Source: Minisyncoccia bacterium
GTDB taxonomy: Bacteria > Patescibacteriota > Minisyncoccia > Phycocordibacterales > PALSA-1337
Length of the DNA stretch: 64,000 nt
Reading direction: 5' to 3'
Assembly (NCBI GenBank): GCA_044234345.1
Contig: JBIIIW010000001.1
Coordinates: 1,766-65,765, forward strand
Shown here: piece by piece, positions 57,786-64,000 of the stretch
Numbering within the stretch: the stretch's first letter is position 1
Layout: every line of letters begins with the position of its first letter
Made by a program: the position numbers and the translations under genes
Notes under the pieces: model-generated
What the model saw: only the letters and a program-made list of their open reading frames with translations
Database searches by the model: none
Told to the model about the DNA's origin: nothing

Positions 57786-59009
57786 CTATTTCTGCAACTT
57801 TATGAAGTTCTTTGTTCTTAAATTCTTATGATATGCAATTGCAAATCTATGAGCTTCGGAATTGGCTAATAGTATTGATTCGATATGGTCTTTATTTGTC
57901 TCTATATCTCCAAGATAGTGATCTGGCTTATGAGCGTCATTCTTAACCACTGAGACAATTGGTATATTAAGTGCGAATGAATCCATTACTTCCTTCGCTG
58001 CATTGTATTGCCCTATACCCCCATCAATTACTATGAGATTAGGCATTCTCCATTCAGGATGAGTGAATCTTCGTCTAAGTATCTCTCTAAGTCCTCCTGT
58101 ATCGTTATTAGCATCCTTACTAAGCTTAAATTTCTTGTATTCTCTCCTATTGGCCTCCCTATCAGTAACTACTGTCATTACACCCACAGTGTCTTTACCA
58201 GACATATGCGCTACATCATAAGCTTCAATCCTAAATCCAGTATCGCTATCACGCTCATTCTTGATTAATGATACGTCTTGTATGTGATTTAATGCATATA
58301 TTGTATCTCTAGTCTTCTTAGCTTGTTCGAAGTTCTCTATCTTGGCATACTCATCCATTTCTTTCTCTAGAGTTGATATGAGTTTAGATTTCTTACCTTC
58401 GAAGAAGAGTACTAGGTTACGTATTGTTTTCTTGTATTCATCACGTGCCTCTGGAGACTCTGTATTTGGCGACAAACCAAGGGATTTGTAGAAAGACTCT
58501 TGATGCTTAAGCTTAGCCTTCTCATCTCTATATGGAAATATCTTCCTAATTATCTTAAGTGCATCACGAAGAAGAGAACCCTGTGGATATGGTCCGAATT
58601 GATACTTAATCTTAAACCCTATCTCATCCTCATTAAGCTTATCCAACTCTCTACCTCTTACCATTACTAGTCTAGGAAACTCTTCATCAGTTATGACGAT
58701 ATAGTTATAGCTTCGGTTATCCTTCTCTTTGGTATTGTAATATGGTAAATGCTTCTTTATCTCATTACTCTCAAGAATTATTGCTTCTAGTACTGAGTCC
58801 GTCTGTATATATTCTACAGTACTAGCTTTTGTCACCATATCAACCAGTAGAGGTCCTCTAGTAGCTATCAAATCACTAGAGAAATAGCTTGAGACACGAT
58901 CATATAGAGAAGTAGCACGACCTATGTATAGGATGCTGTCTTCATTCTTGAAAAAGTATACTCCTGGAGTTTCTGGAAGATTTAGTTTTTTAAAATCTTC
59001 TAATTTCAT
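57786..59009 (-). CDS. uvrC: Excinuclease ABC subunit C (short form)
   Basis: GIY-YIG (PGVYFF...YIGRA), UVR domain, RIEAYDVAH, IVIDGG.GQ. Confidence 0.9.
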   Translation of the reverse strand: MKLEDFKKLNLPETPGVYFFKNEDSILYIGRATSLYDRVSSYFSSDLIATRGPLLVDMVTKASTVEYIQTDSVLEAIILESNEIKKHLPYYNTKEKDNRSYNYIVITDEEFPRLVMVRGRELDKLNEDEIGFKIKYQFGPYPQGSLLRDALKIIRKIFPYRDEKAKLKHQESFYKSLGLSPNTESPEARDEYKKTIRNLVLFFEGKKSKLISTLEKEMDEYAKIENFEQAKKTRDTIYALNHIQDVSLIKNERDSDTGFRIEAYDVAHMSGKDTVGVMTVVTDREANRREYKKFKLSKDANNDTGGLREILRRRFTHPEWRMPNLIVIDGGIGQYNAAKEVMDSFALNIPIVSVVKNDAHKPDHYLGDIETNKDHIESILLANSEAHRFAIAYHKNLRTKNFIKLQK

Positions 59010-61642
59010 TACTTTCTTTTTAATATTTTCTTCAGATACTGTCCTGTATATGACTTATCATTTTTTGCAACATCCTCAGGTGTACCCCTGGCTACTATCT
59101 TACCTCCTCTAGCTCCACCATCAGGACCAATATCAATTATATAGTCTGCTGACTTTATCAAATCTAAGTTGTGCTCAATTACTACCACAGTATTACCCTT
59201 ATCAACCAGTCTCTGTAATATCTCAATTAATTTCTTAACATCTTCATAATGTAGTCCTACTGTAGGTTCATCAAGTAGATATATTGTCTTTTGTAGATGA
59301 GCTCTGTATAGCTCAGAAGATATCTTAACTCTCTGTGCCTCTCCACCAGACAATGTTGTAGCTGATTGTCCTAGTTTTAAGTATCCTAGTCCCACTTCCT
59401 GTAAAGTCTGCAATCTATCTGAAACAGCAGGAATATCCTCAAAGAATTTCAATCCTTCCTCTACTGTCATTTCTAGTATGTCATACACACTCTTACCTCT
59501 GTACTTAACCTCAAGAGTTTCTTTCATAAATCTCTTACCATTACATACCTCACAAGGTACATACACTGTAGGAAGGAAGTGCATCTCTACTGCAATTTCT
59601 CCATTACCCTGACATGCTTCACATCTTCCACCTTTAACGTTGAAAGAGAATCTTCCAGGACCCCAACCATGAGCTTTGGCTTCTGAAGAGTTAGCGAATA
59701 GGTCACGAATGTGAGTCCACGATCCTGTGTATGTCACTGGATTTGATCTTGGAGTACGACCAATTGCACTTTGGTCAATCAATATTGTTCTTCCTAGGTA
59801 TTCAGCTCCAGAAAAACTCTCACAATTGAATATCTTAGCTGTTCTATGTCTAAACTCTAGTTTAGCTTCTAGATTCTTATGCAATATCTCATACATAAAT
59901 GATGATTTACCTGATCCAGATACTCCGGTTATGACATTAAGACAGTTTAGAGATATATCTGCATCCATGTTCTTAATATTGAATACATTACCTCCTCTTA
60001 CAGATATCTTACCCTTAGGTTCTCGTCTGTTTTCTGGTACTACAATACTATTCTCTCCTCTTAGGTATGACAAAGTTAGTGAATTACTATCATTCTTCTT
60101 TGCTGTAAGTAGCTCATCTAGATATCCAGATACAACTACATTACCTCCATGTACTCCAGCTCCTGGTCCAATGTCTATGATGTAATCTGAGGCAAACATT
60201 GTATCCTCATCATGCTCTACAACAATAATTGTATTACCAAGATCACGAAGACTTGTAAGAGTCTTAATTAATCTATCATTATCTCTCTGATGTAGACCTA
60301 TAGTTGGTTCATCAAGTACGTATAGCGCACCTACAAGTCCTGATCCTAATTGAGATGCAAGTCTAATTCTCTGTGCTTCTCCTCCTGAGAGAGTGTGAGC
60401 ACGACGATCTAGTGTTAGGTACTCTATACCAACATTAACCATAAACTGTAGTCTTGCCTCGATCTCTCTAAGTATCACCTTAGCAATTTCCTTCTCAGTA
60501 TCAGATAGCTTTATATCCTCGAAGAACTTCTTACTTTCCTCGATAGACATTGCTGTAACTGAAATGATATTAACACCACTTACTTTAACGTTAAGTGCTT
60601 CCTCTCTAAGTCTTGCTCCCTTACATACCTCACAGTCCTCATTACTGAAGAATTCCTTAGTACCAAGTCCATTACATGTAGCACAAGCACCGTATGGTGA
60701 GTTGAATGAGAAGAGTCTAGGCTCAATCTCAGGATATGAGAACCCATCGTATGGACACATGAACTTAACTGACATAAGTTTCTCTTCATCAGGGAATTCA
60801 ATCTTGATTAATCCCGATGCTTCTTCAATTGCTTTCTCAAGAGATTCAGATAGTCTCTCGCGAGCATTATCTACCTGTTTGTTCCTCTCACTGTTACCCT
60901 TACTTGCAGGCTTAAACTCACTTAGAAACATTTCATCAACAAGTACATCAATATCATGCTTCTTGTTCTTGTCGAGAATTATCTGCTCTCTAAGTCTCAT
61001 TACCTTTCCATCCACCTTTACTCTGTCATATCCTTTACCAAGTAGGTCATATAGCAATTGGTAATATTCTCCCTTTCTACCAACTACAATTGGAGCATAT
61101 ATCTTAACCTTCTGTTCATTAAGCTCAACTCCCATGACCTTCTTACCAGTCTTATTATGATTACTTACTTGCTTAATTATTGTCTCTAGTATCTCTTCCT
61201 TAGATATTCTGTGTATCTCCCTATTACATACCAAACAATGTGGCTTACCTACACGGGCAAAGAGAATACGTAGATAGTCATATATCTCCGTAATTGTAGC
61301 CACAGTTGATCTTGGATTGTTTGATCTAGATTTCTGATCGATAGATATGGCAGGAGAAAGCCCTATAATCTCATCTACATCAGGTTTCTGCATCTGCTTA
61401 AGGAATTGTCTTGCATATGATGAGAGTGACTCAACATATCTTCGCTGTCCTTCAGCAAATATCGTATCGAATGCAAGAGAAGACTTACCTGAGCCTGATA
61501 GTCCTGTTATGGCTACCATCTTGTTTCTAGGCATTTCTACACTTATATTCTTTAGGTTATGTGTCCTAGCACCTTTAACGATGATCTTTTCATCACCGCG
61601 TTCAGTATATTCTAGACCCTTGTTTATTGGCTTTTTAGACAT
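59009..61642 (-). CDS. uvrA: Excinuclease ABC subunit A
   Basis: GARTHNLKN, two GxSGSGKSS, two LSGGEAQR, zinc fingers. Confidence 0.97.
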   Translation of the reverse strand: MSKKPINKGLEYTERGDEKIIVKGARTHNLKNISVEMPRNKMVAITGLSGSGKSSLAFDTIFAEGQRRYVESLSSYARQFLKQMQKPDVDEIIGLSPAISIDQKSRSNNPRSTVATITEIYDYLRILFARVGKPHCLVCNREIHRISKEEILETIIKQVSNHNKTGKKVMGVELNEQKVKIYAPIVVGRKGEYYQLLYDLLGKGYDRVKVDGKVMRLREQIILDKNKKHDIDVLVDEMFLSEFKPASKGNSERNKQVDNARERLSESLEKAIEEASGLIKIEFPDEEKLMSVKFMCPYDGFSYPEIEPRLFSFNSPYGACATCNGLGTKEFFSNEDCEVCKGARLREEALNVKVSGVNIISVTAMSIEESKKFFEDIKLSDTEKEIAKVILREIEARLQFMVNVGIEYLTLDRRAHTLSGGEAQRIRLASQLGSGLVGALYVLDEPTIGLHQRDNDRLIKTLTSLRDLGNTIIVVEHDEDTMFASDYIIDIGPGAGVHGGNVVVSGYLDELLTAKKNDSNSLTLSYLRGENSIVVPENRREPKGKISVRGGNVFNIKNMDADISLNCLNVITGVSGSGKSSFMYEILHKNLEAKLEFRHRTAKIFNCESFSGAEYLGRTILIDQSAIGRTPRSNPVTYTGSWTHIRDLFANSSEAKAHGWGPGRFSFNVKGGRCEACQGNGEIAVEMHFLPTVYVPCEVCNGKRFMKETLEVKYRGKSVYDILEMTVEEGLKFFEDIPAVSDRLQTLQEVGLGYLKLGQSATTLSGGEAQRVKISSELYRAHLQKTIYLLDEPTVGLHYEDVKKLIEILQRLVDKGNTVVVIEHNLDLIKSADYIIDIGPDGGARGGKIVARGTPEDVAKNDKSYTGQYLKKILKRK

Positions 61643-61679
61643 AATATCTAACTATATCAATCTTTGGATAATAGGCAAA

Positions 61680-62477
61680 CTATGCCCTATACCTTTGTAT
61701 TAATGTATTAACCTCGTTAATTATCTCTGCAGGTGATACTGTAGCTTTAGTTATGAACTTATCAGCTCCTAATTCTATGCATTCTTCAATTATTCCATGT
61801 TTGTGGTTGTTTGATAGCATAATTATAGGTATCTTTTTAAACTGGGGTTTTGATCTGACCTTAACTAATATATCCAATCCAGTCATATCTGGGAGATTGA
61901 TATCAAGTATCATGATATCAGGCTTAGATATATCCAAGAATTCTAAAAATTCCTTACCGGTACTACCTTTAAGTAGTGTAAAACCACTTGATTGAAACTT
62001 CTTAGACAATATTGTACTTAGTAACTTATCATCATCTACCCACAATATCGTTTTACCCTTACCTATACTTGAACTTTCAGTAGTTTCGCTCTCAACTAGC
62101 GGTCCTCTACCAAAAACCTTATCAATCTTCTCCGCTACCTCCTCCGGAGCTACATGTAGCTTGATGATATAGTCTTTAACAACTGGTGTAGAAGGTATTT
62201 TCTTAATATGTATCGCTTCTCCTGAGTTAGAGATGATGATTACAGGTATCTTGGTGACATCTCTATCAAAACTCTTCTCATTTAGAACATCATACCCACT
62301 CTTGTTTGGTAATACTGTATCGATTAGTAGGATACTTGGTTTAAAATCCTTTAGACTTGGTATTACTGCATTTCCATCAGATACAGAACTTACTACATAT
62401 CCTGAGTTCGATAGATATGCTACTAGTCTCTTAGACAATTCTGGATCACTTAATGCAAGTAATACCTTTTCTTTCAT
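61680..62477 (-). CDS. Tandem two-receiver-domain response regulator without output domain
   Basis: LLIDTVLP...G and WVDDD...ILDINLPDMTG. Confidence 0.85.
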   Translation of the reverse strand: MKEKVLLALSDPELSKRLVAYLSNSGYVVSSVSDGNAVIPSLKDFKPSILLIDTVLPNKSGYDVLNEKSFDRDVTKIPVIIISNSGEAIHIKKIPSTPVVKDYIIKLHVAPEEVAEKIDKVFGRGPLVESETTESSSIGKGKTILWVDDDKLLSTILSKKFQSSGFTLLKGSTGKEFLEFLDISKPDIMILDINLPDMTGLDILVKVRSKPQFKKIPIIMLSNNHKHGIIEECIELGADKFITKATVSPAEIINEVNTLIQRYRA

Positions 62478-62485
62478 TTGTAATA

Positions 62486-64000
62486 TTATACCATTCGTTT
62501 CTTAAGTGTAGCAATCTCATCTCGTATCAATGCTGCGGTTTCGAAGTCTAGTACTTTAACTGCTTCATTCATCTCTTCTTCCTTCATCTTAAGTAACTTC
62601 TTAGGATTCTCTGCTAACATCTTCTCATCTATTCTAACTAGTTCTTTTACAGCCTTATCATGTTCACTCTCTAGTTGATCAGTGATGTCTTGAATCTTCT
62701 TGATAATTGTTTTAGGAGTAATACCATTCTTAGTATTGTAATCAATCTGAATCTTTCTTCTTCTCTCTGTCTCCTTTATTGCATAGTTTAATGCATCATT
62801 CATGAAATCTGCATAAAGTATCACTCTTCCGTTTATATTTCGTGCTGCACGACCAATTATCTGTATTAGAGATGTTTGTGATCTTAGGAATCCTGCCTTA
62901 TCAGCATCAAGAATACCAATTAATGATACTTCAGGTAGATCAAGTCCTTCTCTAAGTAGGTTAACACCAACGAGGACATCAAACTTTCCTCTTCTAAACT
63001 CTGTAAGTATTGTAATTCTATCTATTGTCTTGATATCACTGTGCAAGTATTCTGATTTAATACCTTTCTCCTTAAGATATTCACTTAGATCCTCGGCCAT
63101 CTTCTTGGTTAGAGTTGTTGCAATTACTCTGTCTCCAGCCTTAATTACCTTCTCAGCTTCATCAATGAAATCAAATATCTGTCCCTTGTAACTACCATTC
63201 TCTGCTACAGGCTTAACAACCACCACTGGATCAATTAGTCCTGTTGGTCTTATAACCTGCTCAACTATCTGCTCACTATGCTCTATCTCAAACTTACCTG
63301 GTGTGGCAGTTGTATATATTACTTGTCCTACTGCTCTCTCGAATTCCTCAAACTTCATTGGTCTGTTATCTCTAGCTGAAGGTAATCTAAATCCATACTC
63401 TATTAGTGTATCTTTTCTGCTCGCATCTCCTGCGTACATACCTCCAATTTGAGGTACTGTAACGTGAGACTCGTCTATAACGGTAAGGAAGTCTGGAGTA
63501 CCATCTTTTTTATGTGGGAAGTATGATAGCAGTGAGTCAGGCGCTTCTCCTGGCTTCTTGCCAGAGAAATGTCTTGAATAGTTTTCGATTCCGTTACAAT
63601 ATCCAACCTCACGTATCAGTGCTAGGTCGTACTTTACTCTCCTCTTCAATCTCTCTGCTTCAAGATTCTTCCCAGCCTTCTCCAATTCCTTTAGTCTAGT
63701 CTCTAGTTCTGCCTTAATTGTCTCAAATGCCTTCTTGCTTTGTTCATCAGTACTTATGAAATGCTTTGCTGGGAAAAGAAATATCGTAGTATGCTCTTTC
63801 TTGATCGCCATTGTTACAGAATCTAGCTCTATAATCTTAGATATTGTACTAGCATCATACTCAATTCTGTATACAGTTCTCTCATTTACCGGCATTATCT
63901 CTATCATATTACCTAATGCTCTAAATTGCCCTGCGTTAATATCAGAATTAGTTCTTTCAAAGTGTATATCTATTAGTCTGCGTATTAAATCTGCTCTTGA
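62486..64000 (-). CDS. uvrB: Excinuclease ABC subunit B (3' part, runs off window end)
   Basis: GIENYSRH, DESH, GFRLPSA.DNRP, NLLREGLDLPEV, QIIGRAARN. Confidence 0.97.
   Translation of the reverse strand, partial: SRADLIRRLIDIHFERTNSDINAGQFRALGNMIEIMPVNERTVYRIEYDASTISKIIELDSVTMAIKKEHTTIFLFPAKHFISTDEQSKKAFETIKAELETRLKELEKAGKNLEAERLKRRVKYDLALIREVGYCNGIENYSRHFSGKKPGEAPDSLLSYFPHKKDGTPDFLTVIDESHVTVPQIGGMYAGDASRKDTLIEYGFRLPSARDNRPMKFEEFERAVGQVIYTTATPGKFEIEHSEQIVEQVIRPTGLIDPVVVVKPVAENGSYKGQIFDFIDEAEKVIKAGDRVIATTLTKKMAEDLSEYLKEKGIKSEYLHSDIKTIDRITILTEFRRGKFDVLVGVNLLREGLDLPEVSLIGILDADKAGFLRSQTSLIQIIGRAARNINGRVILYADFMNDALNYAIKETERRRKIQIDYNTKNGITPKTIIKKIQDITDQLESEHDKAVKELVRIDEKMLAENPKKLLKMKEEEMNEAVKVLDFETAALIRDEIATLKKRMV

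Noticed and set aside
17281-59009. Short aspS, alaS, dnaJ, rplM and uvrC as pseudogenes
   Set aside because: Frames are uninterrupted with core motifs intact; loss of accessory domains is expected in streamlined genomes
412-63699. Many 60-190 aa ORFs antisense to or overlapping core genes (e.g. 845-1417, 19667-20236, 46887-47435, 49355-49885)
   Set aside because: Ser/Leu/Ile-rich shadow frames of real genes with no motifs or expression signals
1-64000. CRISPR array, integron, transposon or prophage
   Set aside because: No regularly spaced repeat-spacer series and no integrase, transposase, cas or phage structural cluster; accessory genes carry their own promoters, unlike typical integron cassettes
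1-64000. Alternative genetic code (UGA as Gly) as in Gracilibacteria/SR1
   Set aside because: Core genes are full length under code 11, and TGA ends ORFs directly before terminators (6077, 10339, 17236)

Overview
A 64 kb chromosomal segment of a low-GC, small-genome bacterium. The gene repertoire (compact AspRS/AlaRS, orphan PemK and RhuM-Fic genes, output-less receiver protein, sigma-HTH/HARE-HTH protein) suggests Patescibacteria/CPR, probably Parcubacteria; this is an inference. The backbone is mostly minus-strand housekeeping genes: cysS, ctpA, rplI, rpmA, gltX, murG/ftsW/scpAB, aspS, trpS, grpE/dnaK/dnaJ, the infA-rpsI ribosomal block, alaS, pepF, mnmA, mltG, leuS, ychF, zwf, ppa, lexA, tRNA-Ala and uvrBAC. 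About 20 self-contained accessory units (promoter, leader, ORFan or small RNA, terminator) are scattered between them. No CRISPR array, integrase, transposase or rRNA was seen. Most notable: (1) a covarying cloverleaf, tRNA-like RNA in the leaders of two dissimilar 2-TM genes 27 kb apart; (2) an antitoxin-less PemK/MazF gene met by a convergent promoter-driven structured RNA; (3) a two-tier expression grammar, with core genes showing TGnTATAAT-N6-ATG leaderless starts and accessory genes showing TTGACA/-10 promoters, 5' hairpins, often SD sites, and terminators; (4) a foreign-looking sigma-70 factor; (5) LeuRS with in-frame Nudix and HAD domains; (6) several candidate sRNAs and unannotated small proteins. 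All calls were made by eye; no searches were run.
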